Shown here piece after piece: positions 10,350 to 18,810 of a stretch of DNA of 32,000 nucleotides (positions are counted from its first letter, which is position 1; each line of letters begins with the position of its first letter). The position numbers and the translations under genes are program-made. This stretch comes from Prochlorococcus marinus subsp. pastoris str. CCMP1986 (lineage in GTDB: Bacteria; Cyanobacteriota; Cyanobacteriia; PCC-6307; Cyanobiaceae). The DNA is taken from positions 1,440,001 through 1,472,000 of the forward strand of contig NC_005072.1 of NCBI RefSeq assembly GCF_000011465.1. The letters are read 5' to 3'. Under the pieces are notes generated by a model. The model was not told the DNA's origin. It made no database searches and worked only from the letters and a program-made list of their open reading frames with translations.

Positions 10350-10727
10350 TTAATCATTTTTAGGGGCTTTTGCACCATATTTAGACCTGGATTGACGTCT
10401 ATCTTTGACTCCTGCAGTATCTAAAGTTCCTCTTATTATATGGTATCTTACCCCCGGCAGATCTTTAACTCTTCCTCCCCTAAGTAGGACTACAGAGTGT
10501 TCCTGTAAATTATGTCCGATACCTGGAATATATGCGGTAACTTCAAAACCAGAAGTTAGTCTAACTCTGGCAACTTTTCTTAAGGCAGAATTAGGTTTCT
10601 TAGGAGTAGATGTATAAACTCTTGTACATACTCCTCTTCTCTCTGGACAAGATTTAAGTGCAGGAGATTTTGTTTTTCTTGTCAGACGTTTTCTTTCTGA
10701 TCCAATTAATTGGGAAATGGTCGGCAT
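10350..10727 (-). CDS. rpsL: 30S ribosomal protein S12
   Basis: 125 aa, [13 protein letters not shown]...[16 protein letters not shown]... Confidence 0.97.
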   Translation of the reverse strand: MPTISQLIGSERKRLTRKTKSPALKSCPERRGVCTRVYTSTPKKPNSALRKVARVRLTSGFEVTAYIPGIGHNLQEHSVVLLRGGRVKDLPGVRYHIIRGTLDTAGVKDRRQSRSKYGAKAPKND

Positions 10728-10921
10728 CTATATTAATAGATAAAAATACATATCAAAACATCATAACCTTTTACGAGTCATATCTAAAGCATTTTTGATT
10801 TTTTTTGATTTATGAATAAAATTTTAATTTGTTTAGTAATTCTTCATTATTTTTGCTTTGTATTTTGAAATTCATTTTTATAATAGAAATAAATAAATTT
10901 TCTTATATAGTTAAATAATCT

Positions 10922-13900
10922 ATGCGAGGGAGTATCAAAAGAAGCAACGAGTCATATCAAGATAGTTATTCTCCAAATGGAATTATTGGAGAGAAAGATG
11001 CTTGTGGTGTTGGTTTCATAGCAAATATTGATGGCAAAGAAAGTAATTGGATATTGAAGCAATCTTTAAAAGGTCTTAATTGTATGGAGCATAGAGGAGG
11101 ATGCGGAGGAGATAGTGATTCTGGTGATGGGGCAGGAATTTTATGTTCAATTCCATGGGAATTTTTAGATAGAGAATTAAATTTAAATACTGAAAGCTAC
11201 GAAAAACGAGGTTTAGGCATGATTTTTATGCCAAATAATGAATTAAAAGTTAAAGAATCAAAACTTATATGCGATGAAGAAGCTAAAGAATTAAATTTTA
11301 AACAATCATTTTGGAGAAATGTACCTATTAAAAATGAAACATTAGGAATTTTAGCAAAAGCAAACGCACCATTTATAAACCAATGGATCGTCTGCTTAGA
11401 AAAAGATGATAGTAGAGATATTGAGATGCTCTTGTTTCAACTAAGAAAAAGAATTGAAAAAAGGATAAGAGATAATACAAAAAATGCTATCGGTGAATGC
11501 GAATTTTATTTCGCATCACTTAGTTCTAAAACTGTTGTTTATAAAGGTATGGTTAGATCTGAAGTTTTATCAGAATTTTACGAAGACTTAAAGAAAGAAG
11601 ATTTTAAAGTTTCTTTTTCTGTTTACCATCGAAGATTTAGCACAAATACCTTACCAAAATGGCCTCTTGCTCAGCCAATGAGATTTTTAGGTCATAATGG
11701 AGAAATTAATACCCTTTTGGGTAATATCAATTGGGCGAAAGCATCAGAAATACATATTGATGATTACTGGGGAGAGTTGTCTCGTGATATTAAGCCAATA
11801 GTTGATAAGAACAAAAGTGATTCATCAAATCTTGACGCAACACTAGAAATTAACATTCGTTCAGGCAAACCAATAACTGATTCCTTATTGAAACTTGTTC
11901 CAGAAGCATTTCGAGATCAACCAGAACTTGAAAGCAGAGAAGATATTAAGGCTTTTTATGAATATTCTGCTACTCTCCAAGAAGCTTGGGACGGTCCTGC
12001 TCTATTAGTATTTGCAGATGGAAACTATGTTGGAGCGACACTTGATAGGAATGGATTAAGACCTGCTAGATATTCAATTACCAATGATGGTTTTGTGATT
12101 ATGGGTTCAGAGACAGGGGTAGTGGATATTGAAGAAAATAGAGTTATAGAAAAAGGACGTTTAGGGCCAGGCCAAATGCTCGCAGTTGATCTTTCTCAGA
12201 ACAAAATTTTAAGAAATTGGGAAGTTAAAGCAGAAGCTGCCAAAAGAAAAAATTATAAAAAACTGATACAGAAAAGAACTATAAAACTCAAAAATAATGA
12301 ATGGTCCAATACTTGTAATTTAAAAGATTTTGAATTACTCCAACAACAAACTGCTTTTGGTTTTTCCTCAGAAGACAATGACCTCATTCTTGATTCAATG
12401 GCTTCTCTTTCTAAGGAGCCAACATATTGTATGGGTGACGATATACCATTAGCAGTGCTCTCTTCTAAACCTCATATTTTATACGACTACTTCAAACAAA
12501 GATTTGCACAAGTTACTAATCCTCCCATTGATCCTTTAAGAGAAAAATTAGTAATGAGTTTAGAGATGCATTTAGGTGAAAGATGCTCTCCCTTCGAATT
12601 TAATGGTATTAAGCCTTTTATTCATTTAAAAAGTCCAATTATTAATGAAAAAGAATTAATTTCATTAAAAGAATCAGAAATTAAATCAAAAACCATTTCA
12701 AGTTTATTTGATATTGAGGAAAGAATAAAAGGATTTGAAGCAAAGTTAGATGATATTTGTAAAGTAAGCGAGAAAGCAATAAAAGAAGGCTGCTCTTTAA
12801 TAATCATTTCTGACAAAGGAGTCAGTTCCAAACAAAGTTTTATTCCTCCTTTATTAGCTGTAGGTGCAATTCATCACTATCTTCTTAAAAAAGAAATAAG
12901 ATTAAAAGCCTCGCTAATAATTGAAACTGGTCAATGTTGGAGCACGCATCACCTAGCATGTTTAATTGGTTATGGAGTTAGCGCTGTATGCCCTTGGTTA
13001 ACACTTGAATCTGGAAGACATTGGTTACAACATCCAAAAACTCAAAAGCTTATTGCTACTAAGAAAATCAATCCACTATCAATTGATGATGTTCAGGAAA
13101 ATATCAAAAAAGCTTTAGAAGATGGATTAAGAAAAATACTTTCAAAAATAGGGATTTCCCTTTTATCTAGTTATCATGGTGCTCAAATATTTGAAGCTGT
13201 AGGTCTTGGCTCTGACTTAATTAAAATAGCTTTCGATGGAACAACAAGTCGAATTGCAGGGATCACACTAAAAGAACTTGCAAATGAATCACTCTTAATT
13301 CATACCAAAGCCTTTCCAGAAATAGATTTAAAAAAATTAGAGTTTCTAGGATTTGTTCAGTTTAGAAATAATGGCGAATATCACTCTAATAATCCTGAAA
13401 TGTCAAAGGTTTTACATTCTGCCCTAAAGCAAGGACCAGGATACGATCATTTTGAGACTTATAAAACACTTATTCGAAATAGACCTGTCACTTCATTAAG
13501 AGATTTACTGTCAATTAACTCGACAAGAAAAAGTATCCCTATAGATGAGGTTGAAAGTGTTGAATCAATATGTAAAAGGTTTTGTACTGGAGGAATGAGT
13601 TTAGGAGCATTATCAAGAGAAGCTCATGAAGTGTTGGCCGTTGCAATGAATAGAATTGGTGGGAAAAGTAATAGCGGGGAAGGAGGAGAAGATCCTGCTC
13701 GTTTTAATGTATTGAATGATATTGATGAAAATACTCAATCGGCAATATTACCATCTATAAAAGGCCTAGAAAATGGGGATACTGCTTGCTCAGCTATTAA
13801 ACAAATAGCCTCTGGGAGATTTGGGGTTACTCCAGAATATCTAAGAAGTGGGAAGCAACTTGAAATAAAAATGGCTCAAGGAGCTAAGCCAGGCGAAGGT

Positions 13901-15487
13901 GGCCAATTACCAGGACCAAAAGTTGATTCATATATTGCAAAGCTAAGAAACAGCAAACCTGGAGTAGCCTTAATATCTCCACCCCCACATCATGATATTT
14001 ACTCTATTGAAGACTTGGCTCAGTTAATTCATGACTTGCACCAAGTTCATCCAAGAGCGAAGGTCAGTGTAAAGCTCGTTTCTGAAATTGGGATAGGTAC
14101 TATCGCTGCTGGAGTTAGCAAAGCGAATGCTGATGTAATACAAATTTCCGGGCATGATGGAGGTACAGGGGCTTCCCCTCTAAGTTCTATTAAACATGCT
14201 GGTTTACCGTGGGAATTAGGCGTTGCAGAAGTACATAAATCCCTTATGGAAAATAATCTTAGAGGGAGAGTACTTTTAAGAACTGATGGCGGACTTAAAA
14301 CAGGATGGGATGTGGTAATCGCAGCTATTTTAGGTGCGGAAGAATTTGGTTTTGGTTCAGTAGCAATGATTGCTGAAGGCTGCATAATGGCGCGTGTTTG
14401 TCATACAAACAAATGTCCTGTAGGTGTAGCTACTCAAAAAGAAGAATTAAGAAAAAGGTTTAAAGGTTTACCTGAAAATGTCGTGAACTTTTTCTTATAT
14501 ATTGCTGAAGAGATAAGACAAATAATGAGTAGCATTGGAGTATCTAATATGGAGGAATTGATTGGCAATCAGGAATTTCTAACAGCAAGAGATATTAAAC
14601 TTCCAAAAACTGCAAATATCGATCTTAGTTCTCTAATTAAAAAAGGGACTCAATATAAAGACAGGTCATGGTTAAAGCATTCTAAGACTGCTCATACTAA
14701 TGGATATGTATTAGAGGATCAATTTTTGTCTGATAATGAATTCATGAATTCTATTAAGAATCATGGGAAAGTAATTAAAGAAATAGAAATCAAGAACACT
14801 GACAGAAGTGTATGTGCAAAAATATCAGGTGAAATTGCGGGGCTTTATGGAAATAATGGATTTAATGGTGAACTAAATCTCAATTTCAAAGGATACGCAG
14901 GGCAGAGTTTTGGTGCTTTTTTATTAAAAGGAATGCATATCCAATTAATTGGAGAAGCTAATGATTATGTTTGCAAAGGAATGAATGGAGGTGTACTTAC
15001 TATTGTTCCTCCCCAAGTAGATGAGAAATCTTCAGAGCAAGTAATATTGGGTAATACCTGTCTTTATGGAGCAACAGGAGGCAAGTTATTTGCTTTAGGT
15101 AAATCCGGAGAAAGATTTGCTGTTAGAAATAGTGGAGCTACTGCAGTCACAGAAGGTTCGGGCGACCATTGTTGTGAATATATGACTGGTGGCAAGATAG
15201 TAATTTTAGGTTCAACAGGAAGAAATATTGGAGCAGGAATGACTGGTGGAATAGCTTATATACTTGATGAAAATAATGATTTAGAAAATAAAGTGAATAA
15301 GGAAATAGTTAGTATCCATAAAATAACTAGCCTTAAGCAGGAAGAAATTTTATTAGGAATTCTTGGTGAATATCTAGAAAAAACAAAGAGTCTAAAAGCA
15401 TCCAAAATAATCAATAATTGGTCTAATTTTAAGGGAATTTTTAAAATAGTTGTTCCTCCTAGCGAAGAAGAAACGCTTGGTATATAA
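10922..15487 (+). CDS. glsF: Ferredoxin-dependent glutamate synthase (Fd-GOGAT)
   Basis: 1521-aa single polypeptide. Ntn-amidotransferase Cys in KDACGVGFIAN, central and FMN-binding domains, and a C-terminal GXGXG beta-helix domain. No small NADPH subunit gene is adjacent. Confidence 0.95.
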   Translation: MRGSIKRSNESYQDSYSPNGIIGEKDACGVGFIANIDGKESNWILKQSLKGLNCMEHRGGCGGDSDSGDGAGILCSIPWEFLDRELNLNTESYEKRGLGMIFMPNNELKVKESKLICDEEAKELNFKQSFWRNVPIKNETLGILAKANAPFINQWIVCLEKDDSRDIEMLLFQLRKRIEKRIRDNTKNAIGECEFYFASLSSKTVVYKGMVRSEVLSEFYEDLKKEDFKVSFSVYHRRFSTNTLPKWPLAQPMRFLGHNGEINTLLGNINWAKASEIHIDDYWGELSRDIKPIVDKNKSDSSNLDATLEINIRSGKPITDSLLKLVPEAFRDQPELESREDIKAFYEYSATLQEAWDGPALLVFADGNYVGATLDRNGLRPARYSITNDGFVIMGSETGVVDIEENRVIEKGRLGPGQMLAVDLSQNKILRNWEVKAEAAKRKNYKKLIQKRTIKLKNNEWSNTCNLKDFELLQQQTAFGFSSEDNDLILDSMASLSKEPTYCMGDDIPLAVLSSKPHILYDYFKQRFAQVTNPPIDPLREKLVMSLEMHLGERCSPFEFNGIKPFIHLKSPIINEKELISLKESEIKSKTISSLFDIEERIKGFEAKLDDICKVSEKAIKEGCSLIIISDKGVSSKQSFIPPLLAVGAIHHYLLKKEIRLKASLIIETGQCWSTHHLACLIGYGVSAVCPWLTLESGRHWLQHPKTQKLIATKKINPLSIDDVQENIKKALEDGLRKILSKIGISLLSSYHGAQIFEAVGLGSDLIKIAFDGTTSRIAGITLKELANESLLIHTKAFPEIDLKKLEFLGFVQFRNNGEYHSNNPEMSKVLHSALKQGPGYDHFETYKTLIRNRPVTSLRDLLSINSTRKSIPIDEVESVESICKRFCTGGMSLGALSREAHEVLAVAMNRIGGKSNSGEGGEDPARFNVLNDIDENTQSAILPSIKGLENGDTACSAIKQIASGRFGVTPEYLRSGKQLEIKMAQGAKPGEGGQLPGPKVDSYIAKLRNSKPGVALISPPPHHDIYSIEDLAQLIHDLHQVHPRAKVSVKLVSEIGIGTIAAGVSKANADVIQISGHDGGTGASPLSSIKHAGLPWELGVAEVHKSLMENNLRGRVLLRTDGGLKTGWDVVIAAILGAEEFGFGSVAMIAEGCIMARVCHTNKCPVGVATQKEELRKRFKGLPENVVNFFLYIAEEIRQIMSSIGVSNMEELIGNQEFLTARDIKLPKTANIDLSSLIKKGTQYKDRSWLKHSKTAHTNGYVLEDQFLSDNEFMNSIKNHGKVIKEIEIKNTDRSVCAKISGEIAGLYGNNGFNGELNLNFKGYAGQSFGAFLLKGMHIQLIGEANDYVCKGMNGGVLTIVPPQVDEKSSEQVILGNTCLYGATGGKLFALGKSGERFAVRNSGATAVTEGSGDHCCEYMTGGKIVILGSTGRNIGAGMTGGIAYILDENNDLENKVNKEIVSIHKITSLKQEEILLGILGEYLEKTKSLKASKIINNWSNFKGIFKIVVPPSEEETLGI

Positions 15488-15496
15488 AGTTAATGA

Positions 15497-15790
15497 ATGC
15501 CTATTTTTATAAAGACTGAACTAATAAAAAAAGAATACTTAATTCAAAAAGATATAAGAAAGAAAATAATCAATGAACATATCAAATGGATAGAAAATTT
15601 AAAGAAAAAAGGAATAAATATCAAAAGTGGGTTTCTGGTGGATGAATTCAAACAATCAGGAGCTGGTGGGTTACTAATTCTTGAAATTGGAACGTATAAA
15701 GAAGCCTTAGAAATTATAAAAAAAGATCCGATGATAAAAAATAATATTGTCGAATGGAAATTAAATGAATGGATTAATATTAATAAATAG
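15497..15790 (+). CDS. YCII-related domain protein
   Basis: 97 aa. Starts 9 nt after the glsF stop. Pattern H..W...LKKKG......G........GG..ILE......A.EI.KKDP resembles the YciI-like family. Confidence 0.65.
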   Translation: MPIFIKTELIKKEYLIQKDIRKKIINEHIKWIENLKKKGINIKSGFLVDEFKQSGAGGLLILEIGTYKEALEIIKKDPMIKNNIVEWKLNEWININK

Positions 15791-15799
15791 ATAATTTAA

Positions 15800-16732
15800 T
15801 TATCTTGGAAACTTTTTCATGAGTTTCTGAATCTCTTCAGCATGATAACTACTACGAGTTAAAGGAGAACTGACAACTTGCATAAACCCTAATTCATTTT
15901 CTCCAAATAATTTAAAATAATTAAATTTTGAAGGGGTAACAAATCTTTGGACCTGAAGATGTTTTGGGCCTGGAGATAAATATTGACCAATAGTAACTAT
16001 ATCTACATCATTTTTTCTTAAATCCATTAGAAGAGTAAGAACTTCATCATCCTTTTCTCCTAATCCCAACATGAATCCAGATTTAGTATAAACACTTGGG
16101 AAATATTCTCTTGTTCTTTTTAGTAACTCTAAAGTTCTTTGATAGTTTCCTTGTGGCCTTACTTTCCTATACAAAGCTGAGACAGTTTCAATATTATGAT
16201 TTAAAACATTTGGTCTAGAATCTAAAATCTTTTCAAGTGCTGACCAGTTACCACATAAATCTGGAATTAATAATTCAATAGTTGTTTCAGGAGATTTTTT
16301 TCTAACTTCAGAAACACATTTATAAAACTGAGAAGCTCCACCATCATCTAGATCATCTCTATTAACTGAGGTAATCACAACATGTTTAAGTTTTAATCTA
16401 AAAACAGCCTCTGCTAAACGATCTGGTTCTGTTGGGTCTAAATCTCTCTTGGATCTATCAAAATCAATATCACAATATGGACATGCTCTAGTACAACCTG
16501 GTCCCATAATTAAAAAAGTTGCAGTCCCGCTAGCAAAACATTCGCCAATATTAGGACAGCTTGCTTCTTGGCATACAGTATTTAATTTTAAATCACTCAA
16601 TAAATTTGCAGTATTCCCTATTCTCTCAACTTGAGGTGCTTTTACTCTTAACCAGTCAGGCTTCGTAACTGCATTTTTGGAAATATTAGTCAAATTAATT
16701 ATTTCAAACCAATCATCTCTAATTTTAATCAA
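15800..16732 (-). CDS. lipA: Lipoyl synthase
   Basis: [13 protein letters not shown] auxiliary cluster motif and radical-SAM [10 protein letters not shown] motif. TTG start as given in the ORF track. Confidence 0.93.
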
Positions 16733-16881
16733 AATAATTTAACTTTACTATTTTTATTTACTTCACTAAAGAAATTAAATTTCTAATTAAATCAGGAAGA
16801 AAATTAAAAATCACTTTTAGAAAAAAATTTGGCATTTTTTTAAACAGTTTCCCACAAAAACTAGTTATGCAATAAACAAAG

Positions 16882-16925
16882 CGTTCTAATAACATAAACT
16901 AGTACAATATTCAGAACGTTTTTTT
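16882..16925 (+). terminator. Orphan intrinsic-terminator-like hairpin with T7 run in the lipA/resolvase-like intergenic region
   Basis: CGTTCT (16882-16887) pairs with AGAACG (16913-16918). The stem extends by AATA (16888-16891) pairing with TATT (16908-16911), with C16912 bulged. TTTTTTT follows at 16919-16925. No plus-strand gene lies upstream. Confidence 0.35.
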
Positions 16926-16992
16926 AAATACAGTTTTAAAACAATATAATCAATTTTTTGTATAACTAACATAAGATTATTATTACAAAATT

Positions 16993-17679
16993 ATGTTCTA
17001 TAAAGTGTTTTTTTCCTATGTATTTGATACAGTTAAAAATATATGTATTAAAACGTTGACTATTAAATTTAAAAGAAAACGTTTTCTTTTATCTGAAAAA
17101 AATAAGAAATCCAAAATTATTGGATATGCAAGAGCTATAGATAGTGAATTTGATTACTTAAAAGAACAAATAAAATGCTTAAAAAATGAGGGTTGCAGCT
17201 TAATATTTTCTGAAATCGTAAGTTTAGATGAAGAAATAAAACCCGAACTTAGAAAAGCTGTAAATTATTTATCAAAAGGAGATGAATTAGTCGTTACAAA
17301 ACTAGATCGGGCATTTTCTAACAGGAATGAATGTATAAAAACAATTCATAAACTCTTGAATAATGATGTTAGGTTGAGAACTTTATCTGGTTTTTTATCT
17401 CCCAAACATTCATCAGATATATCTTTGTCAGTCTTTAATATTTTATATGAGTTAGATAATTTAGATAATGAGTGTTTGGGAGAGAGGAAAAAAGAACTTA
17501 TTTCGCAAAGAAGATTAAATGGAAATAATTTAGGTGGAAGACCGAAAATTAGTCCTTTAAAAGAATCATTAGTGATGAGGTTACGTAATGAGGGTTGCTC
17601 ATATCGATCAATCAGAACTCAAACTGGAATTGCTTTATCAACAATTAGAAGAATAATTTTAGATGGAGAAGCTAGCTGA
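16993..17679 (+). CDS. Serine-recombinase (resolvase/invertase) fold protein with C-terminal HTH; the catalytic motif is degenerate
   Basis: IIGYARAIDSEFDYLKEQ aligns to canonical GYxRVSTxxQ. VVTKLDRAFSN aligns to LDRLGR. GGRPKIS...GCSYRSIRTQTGIALSTIRRII is a recombinase-type HTH. True start is uncertain: ATG 16993 gives a 41-aa N-terminal extension, and in-frame GTG 17005 and TTG 17056 are alternatives. Confidence 0.7.
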   Translation: MFYKVFFSYVFDTVKNICIKTLTIKFKRKRFLLSEKNKKSKIIGYARAIDSEFDYLKEQIKCLKNEGCSLIFSEIVSLDEEIKPELRKAVNYLSKGDELVVTKLDRAFSNRNECIKTIHKLLNNDVRLRTLSGFLSPKHSSDISLSVFNILYELDNLDNECLGERKKELISQRRLNGNNLGGRPKISPLKESLVMRLRNEGCSYRSIRTQTGIALSTIRRIILDGEAS

Positions 17680-17893
17680 TATGAATAAAAAAGAACTTGA
17701 AAACCTGATTAAAGAAAACCTTAAAGATACTGCATTACGCATTCATGAATTAGATAATAAAGATAGAAATAGTTTAATCGCTGAATATAAAGAATGGATT
17801 CTGAATGACTTGGATTTTGATGAGGTTATGATGTTACCTTACGAAGCCTATACAAATAAATTAGATAGAGATTTCTTAGATGACTTAAATTAA
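17663..17893 (+). CDS. Small acidic hypothetical protein (70-76 aa)
   Basis: ORF overlaps the resolvase-like stop by 17 nt. A second ATG at 17681 lies 1 nt after that stop. Composition is 20 D/E against 11 K/R, and I recognise no domain. Confidence 0.5.
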   Translation: MEKLADMNKKELENLIKENLKDTALRIHELDNKDRNSLIAEYKEWILNDLDFDEVMMLPYEAYTNKLDRDFLDDLN

Positions 17894-17895
17894 TA

Positions 17896-18810
17896 TCAAG
17901 CAAAATTATTATTATATTTGTATACAGCCTTAGCTATTTGGGGAAATATGGTCTCATCTTTTAAGTATTTCTCTCCATTCCCAAAAATAACTAATAAAGT
18001 CTGTAATGAGTCATTGTTAACCCACCAAGCGGCATCATGTCTAGCTTGTGACATCAAACCTGCTTTACTCCAAAAATTAGTATTCTCTGGTAATCCCTCT
18101 CCTAAAAACCCGTTTACTTGATTAAGGGGATCCATATTAAGAACTTTCTTATCTAAATTTCTTTTTAAAAAACTTCTTAAATTTAAATTATCTTTTTGAT
18201 AATCAAGTTTTATCATTATCTCCTCCAAAATTCTTGCAGTTGAATCAGTTGTCATCATATTCCTATTATTGTTTTCAGTTCCATAAAATTCCTTTTCTCG
18301 ACCAAACGGTCCATCATCCCAAGTTTTTTGGCAGCAATTTATCTCATTTAATTCACTCCAATTAAGCTCTTTTAACCAATCATTGATTATTGACCTTTGA
18401 TATTTCCAATTCTCCCAAGAATCTCCTTCTATACATGGACCACTTGTAGTCCCAGTGATAATGTCGATTAAAAAGCTTGTTGCATCATTACTTGAGTAAA
18501 AAAGCATTTTATTTACTGCATCACTTATTTCTTGGGTGAATAATATTTTTTTTGTATCAATCCATGAGTATGCAGCGAGACCATAAACTAGCTTTACGAT
18601 GCTTGCAGGATAAATGAGCTTTGTATTATTGATTCCACATCCAAAGCCTTTATTTAATTGATTGTTTTCACTTTTATAATTGATCCAAGTTATTGCGAGA
18701 TCATCTCTTAAATTTTCTATATTGTTAGAGCAAATTCCGTCTAAAATATCATTTAAGGCTAAACCCATTTCTTCTCGTAAATAATAAAAAGACATTTTAT
18801 GAAAGAACAT
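17896..18810 (-). CDS. Beta-lactamase class A fold serine hydrolase (function unknown)
   Basis: Motifs appear in canonical order: SIVK (S70-x-x-K73 counted from ATG 18810), SSN (S-x-N), KAG (K-T/S-G variant), and NMMTTDSTARILEEI. No signal peptide. An alternative ATG is at 18795. Confidence 0.7.
   Translation of the reverse strand: MFFHKMSFYYLREEMGLALNDILDGICSNNIENLRDDLAITWINYKSENNQLNKGFGCGINNTKLIYPASIVKLVYGLAAYSWIDTKKILFTQEISDAVNKMLFYSSNDATSFLIDIITGTTSGPCIEGDSWENWKYQRSIINDWLKELNWSELNEINCCQKTWDDGPFGREKEFYGTENNNRNMMTTDSTARILEEIMIKLDYQKDNLNLRSFLKRNLDKKVLNMDPLNQVNGFLGEGLPENTNFWSKAGLMSQARHDAAWWVNNDSLQTLLVIFGNGEKYLKDETIFPQIAKAVYKYNNNFA

Noticed and set aside
10812-10868. An 18-codon hydrophobic micro-ORF (MNKILICLVILHYFCFVF*) in the rpsL/glsF divergent spacer.
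   Set aside because: Short ATG-to-stop frames rich in I/L/F/K/N are expected by chance in AT-rich intergenic DNA. There is no ribosome-binding context or recognisable family, and conservation cannot be assessed without comparative data.
10728-10921. An NtcA-type site (GTA-N8-TAC) upstream of the Fd-GOGAT gene, and a TATAAT at 10879-10884 as its -10 box.
   Set aside because: The closest NtcA candidate is GTA-N8-TTA (GTAATTCTTCATTA), which lacks the TAC half-site. The TATAAT hexamer has no convincing -35 at 16-18 nt, and such hexamers are frequent in this AT-rich DNA.
16993-17679. The resolvase-like gene considered as an active mobile element or invertible-DNA switch.
   Set aside because: The catalytic Ser and one Arg appear substituted. 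I found no flanking inverted or direct repeats beyond a 7-bp AT-only repeat at the start codon (TTTTGTA...TACAAAA). There is no transposase or cargo, and both flanks are core genes.
17896-18810. The beta-lactamase-fold gene considered as an antibiotic-resistance determinant.
   Set aside because: It has no signal peptide for periplasmic export, sits in a core-like context and is paired with a muropeptide peptidase. A cellular serine hydrolase or peptidase role is more plausible than a bona fide beta-lactamase.
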